From: a virus
Taxonomy: Duplodnaviria; Caudoviricetes
Length of the DNA: 64,000 nucleotides
IMG/VR virus record: IMGVR_UViG_3300029258_002326
Location: 1 to 64,000 of that record
Strand: one strand, 5' to 3'
Position 1 is the first letter of the stretch; each line of letters starts with the position of its first letter. Shown here piece by piece: positions 55,434 to 64,000 of this stretch. The notes under the pieces were generated by a model that worked only from the letters and a program-made list of their open reading frames with translations, was not told the DNA's origin and ran no database searches. The translations under genes were made by a program, and so were the position numbers.

Positions 55434-56531
55434 GCTGGAGGGAGCAGTGGGCCATCTGAGCTTGTATATGACCGCGTTCGAGGAGAAAGCTGGACCCCCA
55501 CATGGGCACAGCTTGATTCTGCTGGGGATATGATAGTTGTAAATTCTAGGCTTATTTCGGATAACTTTGTAGGCAATGCGACGGTGGCGCAGATTAATGC
55601 AATGTCTCCTGTGCAAAACCAAGCTTATGTAGTGACTGATTCAGGAACGATCGGATTCAACAGTGTGACACCAGGTGCTGTTGTTGTGTACATGGGCATT
55701 TTTTGGATAATGGCGACTAGTGGGGTTGAAGGCTATGTTGAGTCAGGGGCTAGGCTGAGACTCTCCACAACCATAGCACTGGTAAGCCCCTACACAGATG
55801 GCACGGACGATGGGAAGTTTATGTCTTTTGATGGGACCAGCTTAACTGGTTCAGAGGCCACAGAAGACATCACAATCTCGTTGCCTTACTCTGGTGATTT
55901 AGAAGACTCTGACCGTTACCGTGGACCTATTGTTGTTCAGCGATTGGGATATGCGTCTTCGACAGAGGGCAAAATAATTGTACGCCCAGCCTCTCCTTAT
56001 GTATTCAGGGATGGCTTGGACGCTGTGCATTTGTTGCGAGACTATGAATCGGTGTCTCTAATTGCATCTCCAGAACTTGGCTGGAGCAGGACCACTAAGC
56101 TGGAGAACGTGTTTCAGGCGATCAGAGCTGCTACGTGGGCGCATACAAATTTTCAAACGGCGGCTGGGATCCCGTGGGACACTACTGCGGAGGCTGGATC
56201 TACTGAGATCATGGAGATAGACAGTACCAACACGAACAGGATAAACATCCTGCACAGTGGATGGTACGAGATAAGTACGTTTGCACAGGTGAATTCAACA
56301 ATTGTTGGTCTTGCATATACGGTTGACTCTTATTTAAGGGTGAATGGGACGACCGAGCTTACAGAAAGCAGGGTCCAGATTGTGAACTGGGAGGATGAGA
56401 ACATGTATACGTCTCATTCGTCGTATGTGGCATTTCTTGGTTCTAATACATATATAGAACTTATGTTTTGGAATTCGCAATTGGCTGGTAGCATTGATCA
56501 TGCAAGAATGACGCTGAGGAGCCTTTATTAG
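54672..56531 (+). CDS. fibre protein 2 (paralog)
   Basis: Two IKLDDL...FLRADGTW.PP repeats; C1q-like tip (RINI..SGWY.I...YLR.NG...YIEL). Confidence 0.7.
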   Translation: MGRLVFEHQDTQDSPASGATAIYVKTDGAVYKKDSDGNESGIAEASAPLAHVETHLVGGDDALPESSASVPGLLCCSDKTKLDTVAANADVTASNAPKAHAASHVSGSSDAIKLDDLAAPDDNTDLDASTSKHGLLKKLGGGTSNFLRADGTWAAPPGGGGENDKVGVDSGATAGYLGAASNDGVLRVGSQLSYVDGGDHVTLDVAEANIKLDDLGAPDDNTDLNASTSKHGLLPKLGGGTSNFLRADGTWAPPAGGSSGPSELVYDRVRGESWTPTWAQLDSAGDMIVVNSRLISDNFVGNATVAQINAMSPVQNQAYVVTDSGTIGFNSVTPGAVVVYMGIFWIMATSGVEGYVESGARLRLSTTIALVSPYTDGTDDGKFMSFDGTSLTGSEATEDITISLPYSGDLEDSDRYRGPIVVQRLGYASSTEGKIIVRPASPYVFRDGLDAVHLLRDYESVSLIASPELGWSRTTKLENVFQAIRAATWAHTNFQTAAGIPWDTTAEAGSTEIMEIDSTNTNRINILHSGWYEISTFAQVNSTIVGLAYTVDSYLRVNGTTELTESRVQIVNWEDENMYTSHSSYVAFLGSNTYIELMFWNSQLAGSIDHARMTLRSLY

Positions 56532-56542
56532 GAGGGTCTACG

Positions 56543-58099
56543 ATGGGCAGAATAACTGTAAAAGAAGAGAATACGCAGACCACTCCGCCGACTGGTTACA
56601 ACAAGCTTTATCCCAAAGAGGACAGTAAGTGGTATTTCAAGAATGACGCTGGGACTGAGACAGCACTTGTGACTGGTGACCATGCTGCAACGCACAAGGG
56701 TGGTGGATCCGATGAAATTGACGCTGTTACGACTGGCGTCAATGGCTTGATGTCTAGCGCTGATAAAACTAAGCTGAACGGCATCGCAACTGGTGCTGAC
56801 GTGACAGCATCAAATGCTCCGCAGGCGCATAAGGCGTCCCATGAAAACGGCAGCGGAGACGAGATAAGCGTTGCTGGATTGAGCGGGGTCTTGGCCGATG
56901 AACAGGACGCAGGTGCTATTAAGGGTTTCGATGTAGTTCTGACAGATCCAGCACGGCGTCATCCGATCGTGTATGACGAGGTAAATAACGAATGGGTCAA
57001 TGAGTCTTTGTACGCTGTTGCGTATGGAACGGTAATAATTGCAGATTGGTCCCCTAGTTGGGACGACATGAAAGAGTTCTACAAGTTTATTCCTGTCAAC
57101 ACTAAACCAGCCGTAACTTCGCACGTAGGTAACGGGACTGTTTCCTATTTGAATGGAATAACGGGAGTAACAGGTGACACGTACACTGTAACCGATGCTG
57201 GTACTTTAACTGCTGGTTCTCTGGCAGTTACGTCTGGCCATGTTGTCATGTGGTACATTGCGCAATGGATCAGCATTATGCCGCCAACAGATGTTGGGAA
57301 TGTTGTTGGCGGATTGATGGTCCAGCTGTCTACGACAACTGCTCTGATTAGCCCTTACACAGACGGGACCGACGATGGGAAGCTGATTGGTTTTCAGAAC
57401 GACGGGCTCGTTGGAGTGGAAACCAGTCAAGACATTACTATAACGCTGCCAGACCCTGCTGGTCTTCCGTATAATGATGGGTCACTTAAGGGGATGTTTT
57501 ACGTCGGCAAGCTGAGTGACGGAGGTTCAGTTACTGTTGTTTGTGATGGCGTTGAGGGCAAGTACTTGGATGGGCTTGAAAGCGTTCTACTGACTCAACA
57601 AATGCAGCAAACGACGCTTGCTGTTTCAAATGCTTCGTTGGCTAAGATTTGGATGCGTATTTCGGCTTTGCCCGATTATTTGCAAGTTCGACGGGCAGCT
57701 ACGTGGGCAGCTACAAACTTTTCATCGCCCACTGGGTTGCCGTGGGACACAATAGACGAAGCTGGGAACCCGGATGTTTCAGAATGGGACACGCCTACAA
57801 ATACATCCAGGATTTATGCTCGATACAAAAAGAACTACCAAATTGGTGGAACAATAAATATCGACACAACGGGCGGTTCAACTTGGATTTTTGAGTGCTG
57901 GTTGAGAAAAAACGGAACAACAGAGGTTCCTGGTTCGAGGGTGAGGACAGGCAACTACCAGGGCGAGGACATGGCCGTTTCTTTGTTTGGTATCGAGGTT
58001 TTGTTGGAGGTTGACGATTACATTGAGTGGATGTGTGAACACACGAGTTTGACTGGCCAGGTTTATAGCGCGACTCTAACCATGTCGACGGTTTACTAG
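56543..58099 (+). CDS. fibre protein 3 (paralog)
   Basis: GLMSSADKTKLNGI; shares SPYTDGTDDGK and RAATWA.TNF blocks with fibre 2. Confidence 0.7.
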   Translation: MGRITVKEENTQTTPPTGYNKLYPKEDSKWYFKNDAGTETALVTGDHAATHKGGGSDEIDAVTTGVNGLMSSADKTKLNGIATGADVTASNAPQAHKASHENGSGDEISVAGLSGVLADEQDAGAIKGFDVVLTDPARRHPIVYDEVNNEWVNESLYAVAYGTVIIADWSPSWDDMKEFYKFIPVNTKPAVTSHVGNGTVSYLNGITGVTGDTYTVTDAGTLTAGSLAVTSGHVVMWYIAQWISIMPPTDVGNVVGGLMVQLSTTTALISPYTDGTDDGKLIGFQNDGLVGVETSQDITITLPDPAGLPYNDGSLKGMFYVGKLSDGGSVTVVCDGVEGKYLDGLESVLLTQQMQQTTLAVSNASLAKIWMRISALPDYLQVRRAATWAATNFSSPTGLPWDTIDEAGNPDVSEWDTPTNTSRIYARYKKNYQIGGTINIDTTGGSTWIFECWLRKNGTTEVPGSRVRTGNYQGEDMAVSLFGIEVLLEVDDYIEWMCEHTSLTGQVYSATLTMSTVY

Positions 58100-58108
58100 G
58101 AGGCACGA

Positions 58109-58594
58109 ATGAGTATGAAACAAATCATGGGGCTTCCTGGTAAGCCGGATCAAGGTTATCTGAAGTTCTTACATGATCGGTCCAGCGTGATGGCTGGATT
58201 GTCATGGATAGACATCTCTTATCATCCAGGGGAAAACTGGATAAAAATATGGTACGGCGAGGAACTGACAGGGGCACAGGAGGCTGAGCTTGAAGCCTTG
58301 GTCTCTGCATGCCAGATCTCAAGCAAGTTCAAGCTACAGGAGGGTGAGGAGTATTTTGAGCACAAGGCGGGGAATAAGCGCGGATCGAAACACCGATCTC
58401 GCGTTAAGTTTAGGAGTGCTTTTGCGTCTGAGCCGACTATAGAGATTTTTAATGCAGAGCTAACCGGACTTGCAAATATGGAGCTTGTAAAGACAACTCT
58501 TAATGGGTTTAATTTTTTAGTTGAAGCTAATGGCTCTCGCAAGGGAGACGCCATCACAACGATGCAATTTCAATGGAGAGCGTGGACGACATGA
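58109..58594 (+). CDS. virion protein with H-type-lectin-like C-terminus
   Basis: V.F...F...P.I...T..GF...F.W.A pattern. Confidence 0.5.
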   Translation: MSMKQIMGLPGKPDQGYLKFLHDRSSVMAGLSWIDISYHPGENWIKIWYGEELTGAQEAELEALVSACQISSKFKLQEGEEYFEHKAGNKRGSKHRSRVKFRSAFASEPTIEIFNAELTGLANMELVKTTLNGFNFLVEANGSRKGDAITTMQFQWRAWTT

Positions 58595-59184
58595 GCTTGA
58601 GTTTTGGAACACAGAAAAACGGGTTGTCAGTTGAGTGCATTCAAGACTCGATTGGCGTGCATGATTTTGCAGATGAGGGTTCTTGGATTAACGGTACGGC
58701 TGACAGTTCGTGGGTTCTAGACCCATCCGATGAAAATGCGCCATCTGATTACAAGGACAAAGTCGTCAAGATTACTGGCATGCAACTTGATCTTGCAGAA
58801 GATGTTGATATGCCTTCGGGTTCTGAGCTTTTGGTGGAGTTTTACGGGTATATTCCGCAAGACGGCTACACAACGGAAATGAAGCTAAAGACAGTCACGT
58901 ACGCGACTATGAAAGATTGGATTTCACGAGCGCACACGAAGACGCCTGTGAAAAACGAGTCAGGTGCAGTTGGTGACTACACTCAGTATGATATTTCGTT
59001 TCCGATACCGCCAACGTTTTGGTCAACAAAAGGGCTTGACGCTGCTGGCGGTCTGAAGCTTACGAAGATGGTGATTCGAATTGCAGACAACGCTCCATAC
59101 AAAAAGAAGTCGAATGTGGCAGAGAACGCAACAATCGCGAAGCCTCGTTATTTTGTTGAGATCTACGAGGATCCAGATCTATGA
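58591..59184 (+). CDS. hypothetical structural protein
   Basis: ORF in the structural module. Confidence 0.65.
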   Translation: MSLSFGTQKNGLSVECIQDSIGVHDFADEGSWINGTADSSWVLDPSDENAPSDYKDKVVKITGMQLDLAEDVDMPSGSELLVEFYGYIPQDGYTTEMKLKTVTYATMKDWISRAHTKTPVKNESGAVGDYTQYDISFPIPPTFWSTKGLDAAGGLKLTKMVIRIADNAPYKKKSNVAENATIAKPRYFVEIYEDPDL

Positions 59185-59714
59185 GTAATAGAGTCTTGAT
59201 AGTTCTGGCAAGGTCCAACTCTTGGTATGCGCCATTGATTCGCGCTGTCACTGATACTTGGTTCAATCATGTTTTTGTGGTGTACCAGGACAAGGGTTTT
59301 GAGGAGTGGATGGCGCTGGACATTCTAGAGGATGGCCCGGTTATTCTTCCGGTGGATCGGGCAATGAAGCGTTACCAGCGGATCGAATGCTGGGAGTACA
59401 AGGGAGATCTGTGGGAAGGCATACGTCTATCAGGAGGGGACCTTGGCGGAGGGTACGACTGGCTCGGACTATTTACTTCGATCATCAAGCTGCTGCTTTT
59501 CAAGATTCTACGTATCAAGAGGCTTAAGCCTATTCATTGGGCCTCTAGGTATATGTGCTTTGAGTGGGTGTTGACAGTGATGAAACGGGCAGGGGTTCCC
59601 GGAGGGGAGAACCTGGATCCGGTGATAGTCCCTCCTGCTCAGTTTTGCAATTTCGTGGAAAGGCACGGCGACTTTTTGAAGGTCAACCCTCCGAAGGACG
59701 TGTGGGACAACTAG
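59181..59714 (+). CDS. permuted papain-like (NlpC/P60, YiiX/YebB-type) amidase
   Basis: N-terminal FNHV, central G..YDW, C-terminal YMC.E.V (His before Cys). Confidence 0.7.
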   Translation: MSNRVLIVLARSNSWYAPLIRAVTDTWFNHVFVVYQDKGFEEWMALDILEDGPVILPVDRAMKRYQRIECWEYKGDLWEGIRLSGGDLGGGYDWLGLFTSIIKLLLFKILRIKRLKPIHWASRYMCFEWVLTVMKRAGVPGGENLDPVIVPPAQFCNFVERHGDFLKVNPPKDVWDN

Positions 59715-59820
59715 CACGTCTGGGTGGTGGTGCGTCCGCTGCTCAAGTTGAATAACTAGAGGGCGGGTTAGATATATGCAATAATGTTCCTGGGTATGAC
59801 ACCGCCTACGGAGGCAAATA

Positions 59821-60291
59821 GTGGTAAAATTACAGAATGTGTCCCAGGTGGAACTTCAGGTCGTCGCCCAAGAGTTAGATGGGACCCCTAAGACGAATAT
59901 AACGACAGCCTTTGTTCGGGTTTACCATATAGTATCAGGCGTTGAGACAGAGGTCCTGGCCTCGACGGCGCTGGCTCAGGTAGGGACGAGCAGTACGTTT
60001 CGGTATACCTGGGCAACCACGGTGTCTCCGGGAACGTATTTCGCTGAATACACGCTAACCGATGTGAACTCGAAGCAGAGCACCACGGTTGAAGACGTGG
60101 ATGTTTTGGATTTGGCGGTCAAGGCAGACATCGATACCATTCGGATTATCGAGTCTGGGCGCTGGCGCATATTGAATAATCAGATGGTTTTTTATGCAGA
60201 GGATGGATTGACACCTTTCATGACTTTCGATCTGTTCGACGAGAACGGGCTCCCGTCATCCATAGATGTCTCTGAGAGGAGACCTGTTTGA
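59821..60291 (+). CDS. virion protein, Ig-like
   Basis: GGAGG RBS; IE.GRW.I..NQM.FY..DG.TP...FDL.D tail. Confidence 0.65.
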   Translation: MVKLQNVSQVELQVVAQELDGTPKTNITTAFVRVYHIVSGVETEVLASTALAQVGTSSTFRYTWATTVSPGTYFAEYTLTDVNSKQSTTVEDVDVLDLAVKADIDTIRIIESGRWRILNNQMVFYAEDGLTPFMTFDLFDENGLPSSIDVSERRPV

Positions 60292-60755
60292 ACAAACTGG
60301 TCACCAGAGGGCTTGGGCCAGGCCATCTACTGATCACTGGCGGATTTAACGTAGGCAGATTCCTTGATGAGCTTGTGGAGATTCTCCGCATGACATCAAA
60401 GATTGCGACGTCCATGGGTCTTACATCCAAGGTCGTCACGTCCATGGATCTTGTGTCCAGGACGTTGTCATCTATGGGGATCACGTCGGGTGTTACAGCG
60501 TCCATGGATCTTGTGTCGAAGGTAACGGAATCCATGGATCTGGTGTCCAGGGCGCTGTTGTCCATGGATCTGTCGTCTAAAGTCACAACGTCCATGGGGA
60601 TTGTGTCCAAGACGTTATCGTCCATGGAGCTTTCATCTAAGACATTGTCGTCCATGGATCTTTCATCTAAAGTTGCAACATCTATGGAACTAGTGTCCAA
60701 AGTAGTGGCAGCCGTGACCGGAACATCGAAAGTGGACCTAGAGGGAGAAGAATAA
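60288..60755 (+). CDS. protein with 10-residue tandem repeats
   Basis: LVTRGLG start; (SKV..SMDLV)n. Confidence 0.75.
   Translation: MNKLVTRGLGPGHLLITGGFNVGRFLDELVEILRMTSKIATSMGLTSKVVTSMDLVSRTLSSMGITSGVTASMDLVSKVTESMDLVSRALLSMDLSSKVTTSMGIVSKTLSSMELSSKTLSSMDLSSKVATSMELVSKVVAAVTGTSKVDLEGEE
60394..60725 (+). repeat. 30-bp tandem repeat, about 11 degenerate copies
   Basis: TC(C/T)ATGG recurs every 30 nt from 60411 to 60681. Confidence 0.9.
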
Positions 60756-61063
60756 TGACCTGTAGCACTCCATGTGATTGTCCAGGAAAGTACTATGTCG
60801 GAGACATCGGGACTATTATCATTATCGATGTTTGCAGCGATATAACTACGGCTACCCTCATGGCGTTGGACGTAACCAAACCGGACGGAACCACCGATAG
60901 GTGGGTGGGCTCTCTTTCTGGGTCAACGAGTATTCAGTACGTGGTTGACGTGGATGACTTCGACCAGGCGGGAGAGTATCGAGTTCAGTCTTATATTGAG
61001 ATGCCGAACTGGAGTGGGCACGGGGACACTACCCAGTTCACAGTTAGCGAAGTGTATCAGTAA
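60755..61063 (+). CDS. BppU-N-like (baseplate upper protein) domain protein
   Basis: GDIGT.I...DIT.AT...KPDG...I.Y...DFDQAG.Y..Q. Confidence 0.6.
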   Translation: MTCSTPCDCPGKYYVGDIGTIIIIDVCSDITTATLMALDVTKPDGTTDRWVGSLSGSTSIQYVVDVDDFDQAGEYRVQSYIEMPNWSGHGDTTQFTVSEVYQ

Positions 61064-61959
61064 TGAGCGAGAAGACTCTCAGGTATAGGCCGCCAAGGCT
61101 TTCCACAGAGTCTCCTGTGCCTGCGATCTTTATGACCCGCAAGCACATCAAGATGTACAACGAGATGGTTAGCGATGCGCTGGACAGGGCTGACTGGGGG
61201 ATGATGCTGTTCCTATTGGAAGTAGCGAATATCGTGAGGAGCAAGGTTCAGCAACTGGCGCCAGATCTTCTTGTTGGAAAAGAAAAGGTTTCATACGCGG
61301 ATGATCTTCGCATTGCCCTTCTCCATGTCGAGAAGAGCAACGTAGCCGTTGCGATATATCTCGATTCCAGGTCGTTCAAGGTAAGCGAGAAGGACGTGGA
61401 TAAACTCGCTTTGTTTTTTCAGCCCAAACATGGGTCGCCGGAGTGGGTTGACGTGCTGAGGCACTATGGTCCTTGGCCGTCCGACATGCTCCCGTTTTAT
61501 GTTCCAGAGGGAAAGGCGCGGATTATCTCGCGCCGTGCTCGCGAGGATGAGATTGGAGCACTGAAGAGACGGATACTGAAGCAGCGTAAAGCCATACAGA
61601 AGGCACTGAGGGCGACCAAGGCTCCGAGCTATGAAATCCAAGAAGACGGTTACAACGCTACGTCTGGGAATGCCGTCGGGATTGTGGCTAGAGAAGACAT
61701 GGGGTACAATGTGCTCAGGGCAGAGTTTGGGTACGACGGGGAGTCGCAAAATGCTCACTGGAGACCTGCTCTGAGGGCATTGGATGACGAAATCCCTGGC
61801 CTAATGAGAAAGTATATCGAGTATGTTGAAACCGGCAGAGAAAGCTCATTTAACATACCCAGTGAAGTGCTGGAGATGACCAGTGCTGAATACAGAAAGG
61901 GCGATGCGTTTGCGAGAGCGCTTGCGCCGTATGCACCCACGGGGAAAGTTGGAGGATGA
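61063..61959 (+). CDS. putative tail completion/neck protein
   Basis: L..EFG......HWRPAL motif near the C-terminus; position. Confidence 0.45.
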   Translation: MSEKTLRYRPPRLSTESPVPAIFMTRKHIKMYNEMVSDALDRADWGMMLFLLEVANIVRSKVQQLAPDLLVGKEKVSYADDLRIALLHVEKSNVAVAIYLDSRSFKVSEKDVDKLALFFQPKHGSPEWVDVLRHYGPWPSDMLPFYVPEGKARIISRRAREDEIGALKRRILKQRKAIQKALRATKAPSYEIQEDGYNATSGNAVGIVAREDMGYNVLRAEFGYDGESQNAHWRPALRALDDEIPGLMRKYIEYVETGRESSFNIPSEVLEMTSAEYRKGDAFARALAPYAPTGKVGG

Positions 61960-61960
61960 C

Positions 61961-62134
61961 ATGGAAGATAAGCTGAAGGAACTAAACGTAACGTTGAAGG
62001 ATGTAGAGAACAACCTGATGAGTCGAAAGATTGAGCGCCAGGATGCGACGATCGACGACGCGTTGGAGATTATCAATATGGCCCAGGAAGCTGGAGCCAT
62101 CGAAGTAGACGATTGCGCAGCGTGCGGAGACTGA
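61961..62134 (+). CDS. small hypothetical protein
   Basis: GGAGG RBS before ATG 61961. Confidence 0.6.
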   Translation: MEDKLKELNVTLKDVENNLMSRKIERQDATIDDALEIINMAQEAGAIEVDDCAACGD

Positions 62135-62139
62135 ACTCG

Positions 62140-62153
62140 CGAACTTGAGTTCG
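62140..62153 (-). repeat. 14-bp quasi-palindrome copy 11
   Basis: CGAACTTGAGTTCG; intergenic. Confidence 0.95.
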
Positions 62154-62166
62154 CAAGGGGCAGCAA

Positions 62167-62865
62167 ATGACAGTAATCGGAACAGCGGATATTCGAGACT
62201 GGGATGAAGGGTGTATGCAGACTCTCGGCGCCGAGATCACGACATATGTTGTGGACGGCGATACCCGGAATATTTACGCGTGCGATGTTCCGGGACTTGA
62301 CTCTGGCTTCCCTGCCATAGATGGAAAAGTTCCGTGTCAATTTGTTGAGCCAGAGGGAGTGTATCAGCCGTACAGGGTTCCGTGTTTCCAGTTTAGGCGT
62401 TCTGATATGACTCCGGCGTTTGATCGCCACCCTTGGTATCAATGGGTTGCAAGAGGCCCTTCGAAGACAGCCAGGAAGGTCACTCTTGAAGACGGGACAG
62501 AGGGTTATACTGAGTATGAGAACCAATGGCGGGGTACTCCGTTTGACATATCTTACGAGTGCAGCGTCATTGCGAGGCGACAGCAGGACTCAACCCTTAT
62601 GCTGACATATGCGCTTAGGCACTTTCTTCCGCCGAGCTTCATTTTCAAAATAATTGACAGTCTAGGGGACGTGCGGGAATATGATGCTGTAGATGTGTCT
62701 ATTACGAACGCTTCGGAGCTTGTCGATATTGCGGACAGAGTTGTTGCCTGGTCGGTGTCCTTTGTTGTTCGTGGCGAGGTTGATCTACATGACTCGCGTG
62801 AATTCCCGGCCATGTTGGAACCGAGGATTACGTATGAGCAATTCGTGATAGGCGAGGAGGATTAG
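62167..62865 (+). CDS. putative tail terminator/sheath stabiliser (gp15-like)
   Basis: P...F.R....P...R; PFDISY......R..QD; two genes upstream of the sheath. Confidence 0.55.
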   Translation: MTVIGTADIRDWDEGCMQTLGAEITTYVVDGDTRNIYACDVPGLDSGFPAIDGKVPCQFVEPEGVYQPYRVPCFQFRRSDMTPAFDRHPWYQWVARGPSKTARKVTLEDGTEGYTEYENQWRGTPFDISYECSVIARRQQDSTLMLTYALRHFLPPSFIFKIIDSLGDVREYDAVDVSITNASELVDIADRVVAWSVSFVVRGEVDLHDSREFPAMLEPRITYEQFVIGEED

Positions 62866-62867
62866 AA

Positions 62868-63305
62868 ATGCCGTGGTTTTACTATTCAGGAACTGTTTCG
62901 AGATCTATCCCTGTAAAAAAAGGTTTGAGCGTTGCGGTGCGGCCACATTCGAGGGTTGAGATTTTCGATGCTCAGGCTCGCGAAGTGCAGAGTTTGATCA
63001 AAAAAGGGCAGCTGAAGAGGACCGGCAAGCCCGCAGGCGTTGAGAGCACAATTAACGCTGAGACAGTGACAGGAAAAGACATTGAGAGTGTGACTCCTCG
63101 CTCGGCTATCGCTGATAGCTTTGCGGAAAAAGGAATCTCCACTGGTCCTGACAAGCCCCCTAAGAAGCTCAAGGGGGCTCCCGAGATGACATCTGCTGAA
63201 GTAGGATTAGCTGAGGGTGACAAGCCCGTGGTTGACGAGTTGAAAAGCGTTGAGAGCAAAAAAGAAAAACAAGGCAAAGGAAAAAGCAAAAAACGCGATG
63301 CGTAG
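62868..63305 (+). CDS. basic hypothetical protein
   Basis: GAGGAGG RBS; small gene just before the sheath. Confidence 0.7.
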   Translation: MPWFYYSGTVSRSIPVKKGLSVAVRPHSRVEIFDAQAREVQSLIKKGQLKRTGKPAGVESTINAETVTGKDIESVTPRSAIADSFAEKGISTGPDKPPKKLKGAPEMTSAEVGLAEGDKPVVDELKSVESKKEKQGKGKSKKRDA

Positions 63306-63333
63306 GCGCTAAACTCGGCAAACGGAGCTAAAA

Positions 63334-64000
63334 ATGACAGATTACACGTACCCAGGGGTATATGTGCAGGAGCAGTCGAGCGGTCCAGGACCGATCACTG
63401 GCGTCTCCACATCGAACTTAGGATTGCTCGGTTGGACTAACAAGGGTCCAATCGACGAGCCTACACTGTGCACCAGCTTCTCTGATTTCAAGACGAAGTT
63501 CGGGACATTTACCGAAGACGGCCTAACGCCAACAATGGCGTATGCGTTCTTCCAAAACGGTGGGCAGCGTGCGTACGTCGTGCGTGCGGCTCCGTCCGAT
63601 GCTGACGAGGCATACTACGACTACGAGTACACGATTCCCTCCGGGAGCGAAGAGGATCTTGGAAACACAGTCGAGGCGAGTGGCATTTACGAGCTTCAAC
63701 TTGCACATCCCCCGGTTACGCCGGGTTCGGTGACGATTACCTTCGAGGGTACTCTCACCAATATCTTTACTGACCCAGGTTCGGACGGAGTGCTTGTCGC
63801 TTCTGGAACTGGCGCTGGCGGATCGGGATCTATCGATTACACCACTGGCGAAGTCAACATTACGCTGACCAACCCTGCTCAGTTCACAGGTAGCTCCTAT
63901 CACATTGAGGCCGTGTACACTTATCGCGTGTTCCGCTTCCAGATGAAATGGCCTGGGGCTGCGGGGAATTATTACCGCGTAAGGATCACTCCTGGGTCTG
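63334..64000 (+). CDS. tail sheath protein (5' part, runs off the window; not in ORF track)
   Basis: MTDYTYPGVYVQE...ITGVSTS...G...KGP...P....SF.DF...FG; AFFQNGG.RAYVVR. Confidence 0.92.
   Translation, partial: MTDYTYPGVYVQEQSSGPGPITGVSTSNLGLLGWTNKGPIDEPTLCTSFSDFKTKFGTFTEDGLTPTMAYAFFQNGGQRAYVVRAAPSDADEAYYDYEYTIPSGSEEDLGNTVEASGIYELQLAHPPVTPGSVTITFEGTLTNIFTDPGSDGVLVASGTGAGGSGSIDYTTGEVNITLTNPAQFTGSSYHIEAVYTYRVFRFQMKWPGAAGNYYRVRITPGS

Noticed and set aside
53315-58099. Diversity-generating retroelement template/variable repeats in the fibre genes
   Set aside because: Repeats are in shaft regions, are all coding, appear to differ mostly at synonymous positions rather than only at adenines, and no reverse transcriptase is in the window.
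9324-62153. CRISPR array made of the palindromic repeat
   Set aside because: Copies are 14-20 bp, dispersed 0.45-16 kb apart and in both orientations, with no regular spacers and no cas genes.
1-64000. The many minus-strand ORFs in the track (e.g. 882..1571, 2849..3562, 40566..41321)
   Set aside because: They are antisense shadows of tightly packed + strand genes, with S/L/P-rich composition and no recognisable motifs.
1-64000. Stop-codon reassignment, tRNA genes or T4-type TATAAATA late promoters
   Set aside because: TAG, TGA and TAA all end genes at sensible junctions; I saw no tRNA cloverleaf or TATAAATA by eye. A covariance-model scan was not run.

Overview
This window is a 64-kb slice of a large, contractile-tailed (myovirus-type) dsDNA phage with T4-like head morphogenesis genes. 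Essentially all real genes are on the + strand and use the standard code. Positions 1-27.6 kb are a dense array of about 70 small accessory genes. They include Lar-like, SLOG/DUF2493, DUF1937, RHH-wHTH, solo HicB, DUF5131, HAD, HD-like, MazG and DHH proteins plus several internal paralog families, driven by sigma70-like promoters. Positions 27.7-64 kb are the late module: putative TerS, TerL with three inteins, portal with an HNH intein, head core proteins, prohead protease-scaffold, gp23-like major capsid, neck proteins, fibre-like proteins and the start of the tail sheath. Three things stand out. (1) The 943-aa second TerL intein has no recognisable in-frame endonuclease. Instead it contains a complete 805-codon gene in the +1 frame, with its own Shine-Dalgarno, encoding NUMOD3 repeats and three TnsA-like nuclease domains, so 2.4 kb is open in two frames. 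(2) An exact 14-bp quasi-palindrome, CGAACTCAAGTTCG, occurs 11 times: at gene junctions, next to promoters and inside the inteins. (3) A candidate programmed -1 frameshift (G_GGA_AAC plus hairpin) would add a highly basic tail to an acidic head protein. Product calls come from motif recognition only; no searches were run.
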